Assembly: GCA_037310415.1 (NCBI GenBank)
Contig: CP147780.1
Location: 320,001-384,000 of the forward strand
DNA from: Candidatus Atabeyarchaeum deiterrae
Lineage (GTDB): Archaea > Asgardarchaeota > Atabeyarchaeia > Atabeyarchaeales > Atabeyarchaeaceae
Reading direction: 5' to 3'
DNA: 64,000 nt
Of the stretch, positions 39,696 to 49,743 are shown one piece after another. Within the stretch, counting starts at the first letter, position 1; each line of letters starts with the position of its first letter. The notes below the pieces were generated by a model, which was not told where the DNA came from, did not search any database, and saw only the letters and a program-made list of their open reading frames with translations. The position numbers and the translations under genes are program-made.

Positions 39696-40055
39696 TCATT
39701 GTCAGATATGCAATTCTCCGATAGTGTGTTTCAGGAATACGTGGTGTGATAGCCAGAAAGTCAAGTGCAAGATGTTGCTTCTAGTCGATAAATGAACCAC
39801 GCGATCGGTTATCCTTCGATGTGAGATTGAAGTTTACTTATGAAAAATCAGTAATTGTGAAGAGTCATTATTAAGGTATTCGTATGTTGAGGAGGAATCC
39901 CCAAAAACATCAGGTTCCTCAGAGAACATAATCCCTCGAAAACAATGCTAGCCGGCGCCTCCGCACGTCTCTGGCTTACAGGCTCAGATATGTAGTCTAG
40001 GATTAATTAGCATTTGGTCAGTAACATAAGAGTCGGGGTTTCATACGTTTCTTTT

Positions 40056-42485
40056 TCAGCTGTACTCAATAGTGCTCCCTGTTCCGTGGGCTCCTCTGTT
40101 CACGATCACATAGTTTCCGGCCGCCCATCCTTTCACTGCATCCAAATGAGATATGAGTATTGTCAGACCGAAGAGTTTTGTCAATTCGTGAATTATGTCC
40201 ATTGTCGAGTTCACTCCCTCCCCATCAAGACTGCCCAGATCACCTTCGTCTATTATGAGAGTCTTCATCCGAGATAGTCTCTTGCCAGCTTCAGGCAGTT
40301 CGCTTAGGACTTTACTGACCGCGAGTCGAACAGCTAGTGCTATTCTGACTTTTTCCCCTCCACTGAATCTATGGACGCCATATTTCGCATCTCCGTCCTT
40401 TACCCAGATGTTCAATTTCCCATCTTCTTGTTCTTCTATGGTGATTGCATCATACCTTCCGCCGCTCAACTGAGCCAAGATTGATGATGATTCAGAGGCT
40501 ACTCTGGGTATTATTCTTCTAAGGATTGCAGATGGTATACCGTCTCTATGGAAGGCCGGTTCGAGTTTCCTGTAATCGGTGATTTCACGTTCAAGTTCCC
40601 TTTCGCTATTGGCAAGGCCCACGATAGTCGCCTTGTATGATGAAATATTCTTGAGGTTTGTTTCTATTTCTTCCCTTTGTCTTTTCAGACCTTCGATGTC
40701 TTTCATCACGTCGGTGTATTTTCTTTGTCCATCTTTGAGTTGCTGCTTTGACTTCTGATATTCTTCTTTGAGCATTTGTGACTTCTCTATATCCTTTTCC
40801 AGTTTGGAGTATTCCTCCATTAGGATGTTCCTTTCTTTGTTCAGCGATTCTATTACATTCTCTGCTCCAGCGATCTTTTCCTTGATTTTGGCAAGCTCCT
40901 CTCCTGCGCTGATTGCCTCTTCTGCTTTTGTCTTGAGGTCGTCAAATGTGGCAGGATTGTAACCTGAATTGATTATGCGTTCGATTCTACTCGTACATTC
41001 TCCCAGAAGTTTCCTCGCATCCATGAGCTTCATTGGGTTCTTACTATCTATCTCTCCGACAACTAGAATCTCTTCTTTCAGTGAACGTTGCTTCTCAGAC
41101 AGAGCTTTGTCGATCTCCTCGACTCTTTTGAGAAGATCCTTCATTCTCGTTTCTGACACCGACAGCTTTGGTAATTCGGTAACGAGTTTGTCTAGTGTTT
41201 GGTCTACAGCGCCCTTGCTCGAACTCAGCTTCTTTCTGCTTTCGTCTAGAAGTTTCTTTAGATCCTGAAGCTTGGCCCTCTGATACGTTCCACTCGATGC
41301 TGCCTCAAGGTCTCTTGAGGCTCTCCCGAAGTTGGTTGCAGATTCTTGCAGCTTGTCTATGCTCTCTGCGTGTTTCTTTATCAGAATCGGACTAGTTACT
41401 CCCATCGATGCCTCATCGATTTCCTTTTCAATCGACTTCTTCTCGTTCAGTAGAGTTCCTTGTTCCCTCTTCAGGTTGTCAATCTCGCCATTCACCTGTT
41501 CGAGCCTGATCTTTATGAGTTGCTCAAACATCTCGATCTGATTCGCCACTCTGCCGTACTCATCCTTCATGATTGAAGCTGTCTCGCAATCCCTTCTCAG
41601 TTTCTCTGCTATACCTGCTTTCTGTGTGTAGTCAGCTAGCTTTTCCTTGGACTCTGACAAGACGTCGTTGTTTTGTCTCAATTTTCTTTCGGTGTCATCA
41701 ATTCTTACCCTCAGATTCTTCAGGTTCGTTTCGTCCACAACGAGTTTGTTAACGCTTCGCTCAAGTCCAGATACAGTCTCTTCTACTGCGTGGACAGTAT
41801 TCTCAACTTCGAGTCTCCTCTTTTCAAGTTCCCTGCTCTCTAAGCCGATCTGCTGTGATCTATCAATCCAGTTCTTCTCTTGACTTAGGAAATCCTTCTT
41901 GGTTTCAAGACTATCCTTGATCTTCTCCAGTTTTTTCTCGGCTTCGGTCCTATTATCTTTCGTTATCTGTAGGGCTTCTTCATATATTCCCAATCTGAAC
42001 AAGGAGATGAAAATGTCCTTTCTCTTCGATGGGTCCTCTTCGATTAAACGCTTCATCTCTTCTTGTCTGATGATAGTGCTGTTAACAAAACCCGCATAGT
42101 CGAGGCCTATTCGCTCACTAAGAAAGTGCTCTGCATCATTGACCTTCAAATCAAGACGCTTCTTGTTCAGAAACACATCAAGGAAAGCGGTTCTTCTTGT
42201 AAGATTGAACATTCTTCTAACCACATAGATGTCGCCGCTTAGCTCAAACTCGACTTCAACGTAGCACTCTTTTTCACCAATTTTCACCAAGTCGTCCTGT
42301 TTGTACCCTTTTAGATCTGTTAACGAAGTTTTCCCGTACACCGCCCATGTTAATGCATCAATAACTAGCGTTGATTTTCCGGCGCCATTTGGGCCTATTA
42401 CAGTGACCGACTCATAGTCTCTTAGGTCCAGTTCTGAGTCCTTGAAGCACTTGAAATTGTGTAGATGTATTCTTAGCAGTCTCAC
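40056..42485 (-). CDS. rad50: Rad50/SbcC ATPase (no CxxC hook visible)
   Basis: GPNGAGKST, FSGGE, IIDE, ISH; downstream of mre11. Confidence 0.9.
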   Translation of the reverse strand: MRLLRIHLHNFKCFKDSELDLRDYESVTVIGPNGAGKSTLVIDALTWAVYGKTSLTDLKGYKQDDLVKIGEKECYVEVEFELSGDIYVVRRMFNLTRRTAFLDVFLNKKRLDLKVNDAEHFLSERIGLDYAGFVNSTIIRQEEMKRLIEEDPSKRKDIFISLFRLGIYEEALQITKDNRTEAEKKLEKIKDSLETKKDFLSQEKNWIDRSQQIGLESRELEKRRLEVENTVHAVEETVSGLERSVNKLVVDETNLKNLRVRIDDTERKLRQNNDVLSESKEKLADYTQKAGIAEKLRRDCETASIMKDEYGRVANQIEMFEQLIKIRLEQVNGEIDNLKREQGTLLNEKKSIEKEIDEASMGVTSPILIKKHAESIDKLQESATNFGRASRDLEAASSGTYQRAKLQDLKKLLDESRKKLSSSKGAVDQTLDKLVTELPKLSVSETRMKDLLKRVEEIDKALSEKQRSLKEEILVVGEIDSKNPMKLMDARKLLGECTSRIERIINSGYNPATFDDLKTKAEEAISAGEELAKIKEKIAGAENVIESLNKERNILMEEYSKLEKDIEKSQMLKEEYQKSKQQLKDGQRKYTDVMKDIEGLKRQREEIETNLKNISSYKATIVGLANSERELEREITDYRKLEPAFHRDGIPSAILRRIIPRVASESSSILAQLSGGRYDAITIEEQEDGKLNIWVKDGDAKYGVHRFSGGEKVRIALAVRLAVSKVLSELPEAGKRLSRMKTLIIDEGDLGSLDGEGVNSTMDIIHELTKLFGLTILISHLDAVKGWAAGNYVIVNRGAHGTGSTIEYS

Positions 42486-43798
42486 TGCTCCTCACCTGTC
42501 TTTTCAAGAACTTCTCCGAGTATCTTCTCACCAAGCCTTATAATTTGCTTCTTTTCACCCTCACTCATCTTCTTCACAGCGCTAACGTATCTAGTCAGTT
42601 CTTCGGATGGTTTCAGGAATACCTCGCCAGCGCTGACGCTAGGATGAACCTCATCCTTTCTAAGTTCAAAATCCATGTCCCAGTAAAAAGCGCTCTTCAA
42701 TATAGCATTAATTGCATCTTGTTTTAGGTTCAAGTTAGTTTTCAGTTCACTTGTGGCGTTGCGAATTAGAATTCTAATTATAGCCTCTCTTTCTTCTCCA
42801 TTTGCCTTAAGCTGCTCCAGCTTCTTCATGAAATTCATCAATGAGTCTTTCGCGCTTTTCTCATCGCTTTTTGCTTCAGGGACTTTGAATTCGACGAGCT
42901 TCATTGGACGGGTAGGGATCTTTATGAATTCCGCCACGAATTGGTCGTCTCTCGCTGTATCGAGAAGAATGAAGCCTTTCTCTTCGTCGTATTCATTGAA
43001 GCTTGTCCTTTCGGTGCTCCCACTGTAGAAAGCCATCGCTTCATCTGAAGGTTGGCTGATCCGCTGGTACTTATGTATGTGACCGCACGCAGTATACCCA
43101 AAGTCTCGGAAAGGAATCACTGTTCTTGGTAGAACAATATCATTGGTCACGTATGTTGTGTGGCCTATGTCTGATCCTTCAATCATGTAATGCATCATCA
43201 AGATCGACTTGTGGCGTACTCTGCTTATGGCTATGTTGGCCATATCTCTGAGGACGGTTTTGATGGTGTTAACGACTATCCTCTGTCTGTCAGCGATCGT
43301 CAGTTCCTTCTCCGCTACTCTTAGATCAGACTGGTCCTTCAAGTCAAACCATCTAGCGGGGGAAAGGTAGGGGAAAGGGTAGATATCGACCTCATCTAGA
43401 TCTGCACTTGTTCTGATTGTAAGAGGTTCAGGTGTGGGCCTATGGCAAACGGTGACATTTTTGATATGATCCAAGAGCTGAAGTGGAGAGGCAGAACCTG
43501 GAAACCTTGGTGTGTCATGGTTACCTCCAATAATAACTACTTTTATTCCTTTCTGAGTCAATGTTGTGAGAGAGTCTAACACGTCTTTCCTGACTTTGTT
43601 GACCGGATCGATTCGGTCAAAAACATCCCCGCACATCAGGACGAGATCAACATTTTCCTTAATGGCAAAATCTGTGACGAATAAGAATGAATTCGTGAAG
43701 TCCTCAGATCTAATTCGAATACCTGTGATCGCGTCGATCTTGGGGTAGGCTCTTGGAAAGATGCCTAGGTGCATATCTGAAACATGTATCAGACGCAT
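42482..43798 (-). CDS. mre11: Mre11/SbcD nuclease
   Basis: SDMHLG, GDVFD, GNHD, GHIH, YSGS. Confidence 0.93.
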   Translation of the reverse strand: MRLIHVSDMHLGIFPRAYPKIDAITGIRIRSEDFTNSFLFVTDFAIKENVDLVLMCGDVFDRIDPVNKVRKDVLDSLTTLTQKGIKVVIIGGNHDTPRFPGSASPLQLLDHIKNVTVCHRPTPEPLTIRTSADLDEVDIYPFPYLSPARWFDLKDQSDLRVAEKELTIADRQRIVVNTIKTVLRDMANIAISRVRHKSILMMHYMIEGSDIGHTTYVTNDIVLPRTVIPFRDFGYTACGHIHKYQRISQPSDEAMAFYSGSTERTSFNEYDEEKGFILLDTARDDQFVAEFIKIPTRPMKLVEFKVPEAKSDEKSAKDSLMNFMKKLEQLKANGEEREAIIRILIRNATSELKTNLNLKQDAINAILKSAFYWDMDFELRKDEVHPSVSAGEVFLKPSEELTRYVSAVKKMSEGEKKQIIRLGEKILGEVLEKTGEEQ

Positions 43799-43848
43799 GT
43801 GTCCAAAAAGACCCCCATCTTGAAGAGATTCGTCATACGAGATAATAA

Positions 43849-45600
43849 TCAGATGCGCTCTGACACATCTTTAAGTCTCCTTCTACTCTCCTCGACCGAG
43901 GACGGTGAGGACTTGCCATCTTTGTCCCTGTGCCCCGTCTCCGCTTTCCGCACCCGCATGGGGCTCCATATCTCGTTCAGAGATTCGTCGTAGTTTCTCA
44001 CCTTGAATACCGTGTGATTTGGAAAAGCATAGCCAAAACCCAAGCATTCCTGTCTTCCAATCCGAGCGAGGACGTTTCTCCACTTGACAGGTTGCTCAGT
44101 TCCACTGAGCGCCGCATCTATGTCCCTCTCCTCACCTAGGTGAAAGAGAAACCTCGTGGGCATTTGACTTATGACTTCATCATCGATCGCTGACGGACGT
44201 TGGTCTACCACACAAAGCGTGAGCTTAAACTTTCTCATTTCCCGGGCGATCTTTCCGAAGACACTTCTCCTAGAGAACTCTGGTGACAGAAACTTGTGAC
44301 CTTCTTCTACCATGATCTTGGTAGGCTGATACTCATCAGGATTGGAAGTGAACTGCTCATAAAGCCGACGAGTGATCATGTTAGAGACCATAACATATGT
44401 TCCAACATCCATACCATACCTGCCAAAGTCTAGTACCACACTCTTGCTTGATTTTAGGTAGTTCAGTATATTCCTGACGCTGTCGATGCTAGAGGCTTTC
44501 TTGACGAAGTGCAGACGCTCGATTCTGGCTCGAATCCTCCTCTGTATTGCAGCCAGTGTTCCTCTTGGAATGCCACCTGGCCTAGCCCTACCTTTCTCGT
44601 CAGGTTGACCACCAGTCATTACAAGCAATTGATCAATGTCGTAGTCGATCAATGCTTCAAACCAGTTATCCTTGATGTATCTTTGGCAGATCATATTCAG
44701 TGAATCCTTCATGGTTTCAGTAAGATCCTCAAAGCTTATTTCCAAGTCTTCGGGTTCGAAGGACGAGTATGGCACTTCAAATGTCTCATCGTAATCTTTG
44801 GATGACTGTGGGTCAAGTGTCAGGTAAACAACTCTGTCTTCAAAAAAGTGTTTGAGACCAGGCGATCCGTCAGCTCTACTTCTCCGACCATACTCTGATT
44901 GCATATCAAAAGCCAATATGCAACCTTGCTCAGATTCAATGACGCATCCCGCCAGTAGTTTGGCTAACCGAGTCTTTCCGTAACCAGTTACTCCTGCAAC
45001 CATGGCGGATAGTTCCATGAATCTTCTGATGTCTAGAGGCAGAAGTGAATCGGTGCCCAGTAGAGTCCCAATAGGATATCTTACTTTTCTTTCGATTGGA
45101 CCGTAGACCAATCCTATGTCCGTCGAAGTTGCCAGATGAGCCTCAGAAAAATGCTTTGGAACCGTCACCGGCGGGGATATTTCTGAAGTTGTTCTGTCAA
45201 CCATTGATACTGGATTAGCGCTTATGTACGAGAAGAATATTGAGCCGTACGGGTACTCGAAAGCTTCAAATGAAGACACTGTGGCATTGCCACTTTTGTT
45301 GACAGCTGCCTCTCTGAACCCCGCAATTCTGTCAACCAGACCTTGGTCGGTTGAGGAAAGAACAATGTCGTTGATTATTGAAAAGAAATCGTATTTTTCT
45401 CCTTCGCAGACAATTGGGATCCCTATCTTCAAGTCTTCGGGAGAGACATTATCATTGAGGCGGATTAGGAGCCCTTCAGTGGTGCTGGCTCCGACCACTC
45501 TACCAATATTGGAATCTGGCTCATCCGAGTTATTTTCCCTCCTTTTCTTGTTGTCGCCATCTGAATTATGCCCAATGTGACTCATTCTGACTTCCTCCAT
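43849..45600 (-). CDS. herA: HerA helicase
   Basis: HAS barrel, GVTGYGKT, DMQSEY, EEGH, AREMRKF, QRPS. Confidence 0.92.
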   Translation of the reverse strand: MEEVRMSHIGHNSDGDNKKRRENNSDEPDSNIGRVVGASTTEGLLIRLNDNVSPEDLKIGIPIVCEGEKYDFFSIINDIVLSSTDQGLVDRIAGFREAAVNKSGNATVSSFEAFEYPYGSIFFSYISANPVSMVDRTTSEISPPVTVPKHFSEAHLATSTDIGLVYGPIERKVRYPIGTLLGTDSLLPLDIRRFMELSAMVAGVTGYGKTRLAKLLAGCVIESEQGCILAFDMQSEYGRRSRADGSPGLKHFFEDRVVYLTLDPQSSKDYDETFEVPYSSFEPEDLEISFEDLTETMKDSLNMICQRYIKDNWFEALIDYDIDQLLVMTGGQPDEKGRARPGGIPRGTLAAIQRRIRARIERLHFVKKASSIDSVRNILNYLKSSKSVVLDFGRYGMDVGTYVMVSNMITRRLYEQFTSNPDEYQPTKIMVEEGHKFLSPEFSRRSVFGKIAREMRKFKLTLCVVDQRPSAIDDEVISQMPTRFLFHLGEERDIDAALSGTEQPVKWRNVLARIGRQECLGFGYAFPNHTVFKVRNYDESLNEIWSPMRVRKAETGHRDKDGKSSPSSVEESRRRLKDVSERI

Positions 45601-45655
45601 ATTCCATCTTCAGATCGTTCTTGCTTGATCCGATTCGCGGTTGGATCAGTTTGGA

Positions 45656-46864
45656 TTACGTCTTGACCGAACCTCTAGTCAACTGGGATCCTTTCCCTTT
45701 CTTTGAGATTCCATCCAACTGCATGTGAAAATCACTGCGAGTAGTTCCATAGATGGATGTCAACGATGAGAGTACTTCCTGATAACTGAAACCGCTCTGT
45801 AGTGCAGCTTGCAGACAGAGTGATTGCAGAGCAGAGAACATGTGTCTCAATGTTACGGCAAGTTGATGAGCTTCTGCGCACGGAAACGGGTACCCAAGGC
45901 ATAGCTCATTTGAAGCATAGTATGCTACGTTCTTGATAATGCTTTCTACATCGTGGCACCAGACTTTGGGCCTCACAGTTTTTTCTTGAATGTCGATCCT
46001 GAAAGGTTTAACTGCGAGGGGATGCAACTTTGCGTACCTGACCTTTACGTCTCCTGGAACCTCAATATACCAACAACGTTCCAATTTCTTCCGCTTAGCG
46101 ATCGCCTGCGCGTAGGTTTCGTCGCGATACATGCTGTTGAGAGATGATCTGGAAGTATCTTTCACGATACCTATGAATGCATTGTCATTCTTCACGCAGT
46201 TCCCAACAGCACCATCAATATGTTGTTTAAAAGGGGCCTCGCTTCTCCTAGCCAAACTTCCGTCAATGGCAATAATTGTGTTGTTGTAGACGCTCGAGAC
46301 TCTTTCAGTCATCTCGAACTCTTTCGCGATCATGTACAGTTCCGCGACAAATTCAGTTCTGTCCTTAGTTGCATAGGGTCGAGATGGTTTCTCATGTGAA
46401 GAGTCTGACCCGTCTTCATCACTTTTTCCTCGCCTCTCATTATCGATGGAACTAGTAGTCCCTTCGGTCTTTTCCTCGTTCATCTCCAGGTCAGGGTAAC
46501 TTGAAGCAGATGATGTAATTCGGAGAATCTGCCTCATGGTTTTGTCATCTATATAGCCGGTAAGCGATTCGTCGAAACTGAGAAGGGCAACACGGTCGTC
46601 ACAAAGTTGGTTGACTATTCGAAAATCATTGTCATAGGTTATGGCGGCAACCCTGATAGCCACTATGGAAGTTGTGCCGATTCTCCAAAGAGGGATATAT
46701 GATCCATCAATGGCTGTGAAGCTACTAGCGTGACTTGTTTTGGGGAACTCAAATTCGTTGAACTTTAGCTTTTCAATATCCTCTGCTATCTTGTCTTCTT
46801 CGTTATCCATCGCATTTCTAATCTTACCAAAGATCTCGACTAAACTCTCAATATCTATTGGCAA
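45656..46864 (-). CDS. nurA: NurA nuclease
   Basis: AIDGS (x2), GIVK, GYPFP..EAH. Confidence 0.88.
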   Translation of the reverse strand: MPIDIESLVEIFGKIRNAMDNEEDKIAEDIEKLKFNEFEFPKTSHASSFTAIDGSYIPLWRIGTTSIVAIRVAAITYDNDFRIVNQLCDDRVALLSFDESLTGYIDDKTMRQILRITSSASSYPDLEMNEEKTEGTTSSIDNERRGKSDEDGSDSSHEKPSRPYATKDRTEFVAELYMIAKEFEMTERVSSVYNNTIIAIDGSLARRSEAPFKQHIDGAVGNCVKNDNAFIGIVKDTSRSSLNSMYRDETYAQAIAKRKKLERCWYIEVPGDVKVRYAKLHPLAVKPFRIDIQEKTVRPKVWCHDVESIIKNVAYYASNELCLGYPFPCAEAHQLAVTLRHMFSALQSLCLQAALQSGFSYQEVLSSLTSIYGTTRSDFHMQLDGISKKGKGSQLTRGSVKT

Positions 46865-47078
46865 CTTGGACTCACCTTGGCGAGCAATGACTCCTGGATC
46901 CGCTTTTCACAGACAAGACAAACATGGACACATGGAACCTTAAGTGGAGTGCGATATTTAAGCGTGCCAACCAAGGCTTAAATTCAGAATCAAGGCAAAA
47001 AGGGTCCGGCAAAAGCAAACATCAAACAAACTTGGCGAGGACCCAAGACAATTTGGTCTTAGCTCTTTCCACATCTAT

Positions 47079-47921
47079 CTACGACTCTCTTGCGCGAATC
47101 TCCGCTATTGCCTTCTCAGTAACCTCGATGATCTTGTCTCTGTAAGATGTATCTACTGCAACTAATCCGTGGGTTTTGACTCCGAGCAAAGATTCCACTT
47201 CATGCGGAGACAAGCGATCAGGAAGATCCTGTTTGTTAGCTATGCCAACTATTGATGCCTTAGGCTCGATTGTTCTGACCAAGTTAATGAGGTTCTTGGA
47301 GCGCTCAACATTAACCTTGGAAGAGTCTGTTACAAGAAGCACTAGCTTGGAGTTTCTCAGAAAAATCGGCCAAGTTCTGTGATATTGTTCCTGTCCGGCA
47401 AGGTCCCAGACTCGGATTCTGGCGTTTCTGACTACAATGTCTTCCCTGTCAACGTTTGCACCAATCGTGGGGAAGTATGCTGCAGGTGCGGCAACTCCTT
47501 TCAGTAATTTAAATATCGTCGTCTTCCCAACTGCTCCATAACCTGCCAGCGTCATTTTTATGATCTGGGTTTCTTCCTCTCCGGCAGCTGCAGACTTAGC
47601 CGCTGGGGATTCGATCACATCGACCTGTCTCCTCAGAACCGTATCACCAATATCGCCCAGGGACCTGTCAGCAGCAGCTATGCTCTTTACTTGAATCACT
47701 TCATTTCCACCAAGACTCTCCGAACTCGCTGAAGGGGTGATTCCATATGTACCTTGTTTAAGAGCACCTAGAGTTTCAACATGACCTAGTTCTGTCTCGA
47801 TCTCCCGGAGTTCAGTGCCGAGTTTCTTCAGCGCATCGGAAAGAGAGTCAACCAATATTGCAAGTCGATCTGCGACCCTCATTACGCGTGTTTCCAACTT
47901 CTTATCGCCAATGCTACTCAC
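47079..47921 (-). CDS. Arf/Rab-like small GTPase with N-terminal coiled coil
   Basis: GYGAVGKTT, PTIG, WDLAGQ, ANKQDL. Confidence 0.88.
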   Translation of the reverse strand: MSSIGDKKLETRVMRVADRLAILVDSLSDALKKLGTELREIETELGHVETLGALKQGTYGITPSASSESLGGNEVIQVKSIAAADRSLGDIGDTVLRRQVDVIESPAAKSAAAGEEETQIIKMTLAGYGAVGKTTIFKLLKGVAAPAAYFPTIGANVDREDIVVRNARIRVWDLAGQEQYHRTWPIFLRNSKLVLLVTDSSKVNVERSKNLINLVRTIEPKASIVGIANKQDLPDRLSPHEVESLLGVKTHGLVAVDTSYRDKIIEVTEKAIAEIRARES

Positions 47922-48182
47922 TGCCGGAACCCACCTTCTCGTTGTGAGTCAGATTCTATCCCAATTATCTGAGTTCTTGAACCGATGGTTTGCGAATAGA
48001 AGGCTGACTACCAGACAGCCCTATCCAATACTATTTTCCAACTCACCTATATGTATTTACTTACTTCGCTTGTTGCTGCAACAGAGTTCTCCGAGAACCG
48101 CAAAGTCATTTCATGAGTGAAACGATTGAAGAATATCGTCTCTCTTACTTGACAGACTCTTGCCCAACTCGTTTTGCCTGTC

Positions 48183-49058
48183 TCACAAATCACTCTTCTT
48201 CATTGGGGGCTTCAGTGAGTGATATTTTTTCCATGGCGATTCGTTGTCGACGAATGTAAACTCGACTTCAGGAAGGTCTATACTGAGCAGCTGCATTAAA
48301 CGTCTCATTCCAAGGGACTCCATGATATCATGGTCCGCGCACACGTAATTCAGTCTCAGTTCGTTCGAGAGCACCGCTATGGCTCGTGAAATATCGCCAG
48401 TCAAATACGTGTCGACGTGTCTCATTTTGGCGAGCCGCAGCCATTCTGTTCTGCCGTACTCACCGGCTAATATTACGATCTTCTGGATTGGTGCGTACAA
48501 GTTGCCCACATAAGGAATATCACTGCAACCTAACCGTTCGCTTATCCTCTCAACCAGATCTGACAGCAATACATCATCCTCAGTACGCCCACTCGCACAA
48601 TCGTGTTTCTTTCCCGCGCCACAAATTCTGCCTAGGGGAACACTTCTGTCTTCGAATTCAACGTTGAAAGCCTCGGCAATCGGAGTGCCCAGAATGTCAG
48701 CCACGGTGTCATTTACACCGCATTCAGCGGTTAGCCAACTCGTGTGAACAACATAGACTGCAACTTTGTTTTCAATTAACAACCTTACTTTGTCAAGCAG
48801 CGTATCTGTCAGAGCGTTTATGGGTTCGGAGAGGAGACCATGATAGGTGATCAAGATATTGGCGCCGTAGGAGGCCGCCTTGAGTATCACCTGAGGTGTA
48901 ACACAAGTTGCTATGGCACATTTGCGAACTTTGAATCGCTTCTGGATAAGTGACCCTTGCGGTCCGACTTGAACACCAACAAAATCGTTGGCCATCGCAG
49001 ACGCTGGAGGAGAAAACCTCTCGATGCAATCAATGAACAGTTTTAGATCAACACTCAT
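48183..49058 (-). CDS. Nif3/DUF34-family protein
   Basis: D.VGVQVG, ITYHG, VHT, GVND, YLTGD, H..ME. Confidence 0.85.
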   Translation of the reverse strand: MSVDLKLFIDCIERFSPPASAMANDFVGVQVGPQGSLIQKRFKVRKCAIATCVTPQVILKAASYGANILITYHGLLSEPINALTDTLLDKVRLLIENKVAVYVVHTSWLTAECGVNDTVADILGTPIAEAFNVEFEDRSVPLGRICGAGKKHDCASGRTEDDVLLSDLVERISERLGCSDIPYVGNLYAPIQKIVILAGEYGRTEWLRLAKMRHVDTYLTGDISRAIAVLSNELRLNYVCADHDIMESLGMRRLMQLLSIDLPEVEFTFVDNESPWKKYHSLKPPMKKSDL

Positions 49059-49191
49059 ATTGTAACAAGTAACATGAGCTCTTAATATTCCTACCATCCG
49101 CTTGAGACAAGACACACATCAGTTAGGAAAGGCTCGCAGATCACGTCAGTGGCCAACAGTAGAACAAGAAAATTCGTGAGGTCAAAATGTA

Positions 49192-49330
49192 TGCGGCGCT
49201 CGGGATTTTCACCCTATAAGACCAGTGCTCAGCACAGGGATTTGAACCCGAGTTTCCGCCTTGGGCTGTTGTTAACCCAAGTTAGAGGCTTGGAAGGCCT
49301 CAGTCCTAGACCAGTCTAGACCAGCGCCGC
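49192..49330 (-). tRNA. tRNA-Gly(TCC) with two introns: 45/46 (49254-49282) and 59/60 (49206-49240)
   Basis: GCGGCGC acceptor, GAGGC-CTTCCAA-GCCTC; BHB helices CCTC/GCGG (1 mismatch) and TTCA/TGAA; 75-nt mature, CCA not encoded. Confidence 0.92.
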
Positions 49331-49464
49331 ACAGCTGTATCACTTATTGAGTTCTCCACTTATTTTTACTTAAGTCTTTCTGCATGAGCATGCTGATTCA
49401 CGGTTCATCCCGACAAGCGCAATAGAACAGTCGTTCAAGTCGACTCAAAACAGAAGTCAAATGA

Positions 49465-49636
49465 TGGTGCGCCGACCGGGATTTTCATCCAGTGAGAGTG
49501 AACTCTCTGCCTGACTTTGAACCCGGGTTTTGCCGATGACCCCACCATTAAGCGGGGTAACAACATTATCGGCGTGGCAGGCCAATGTCTTAGACCATTC
49601 CAGGCTCCAATATTTGGCAGACTGGACCATCGGCGC
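49465..49636 (-). tRNA. tRNA-Gly(GCC) with three introns: D-loop (49598-49619), 44/45 (49530-49567), 59/60 (49482-49515)
   Basis: GCGCCGA/TCGGCGC acceptor, TTGGC-CTGCCAC-GCCGA; BHB helices CCAG/CTGG, GCCG/CGGC, TTCA/TGAA; 78 nt with CCA. Confidence 0.92.
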
Positions 49637-49743
49637 ACCTTTCTTCCTGCGATCAGAATTTTAATTAAGGATTACTTAAATGCTTTGTGTCTGGGGATGA
49701 ATTTCCGCCACTAACTTGATTTCACAAGAGTTAGAAGCTTATC

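Noticed and set aside
44575-44620. Weak BHB-like fold inside herA
   Set aside because: Relies on several G:U pairs, and excising 23 nt would break an intact reading frame
49435-49714. Short ORFs over tRNA loci (also 58628-58837, 59693-59992)
   Set aside because: Explained by intron-containing tRNA genes
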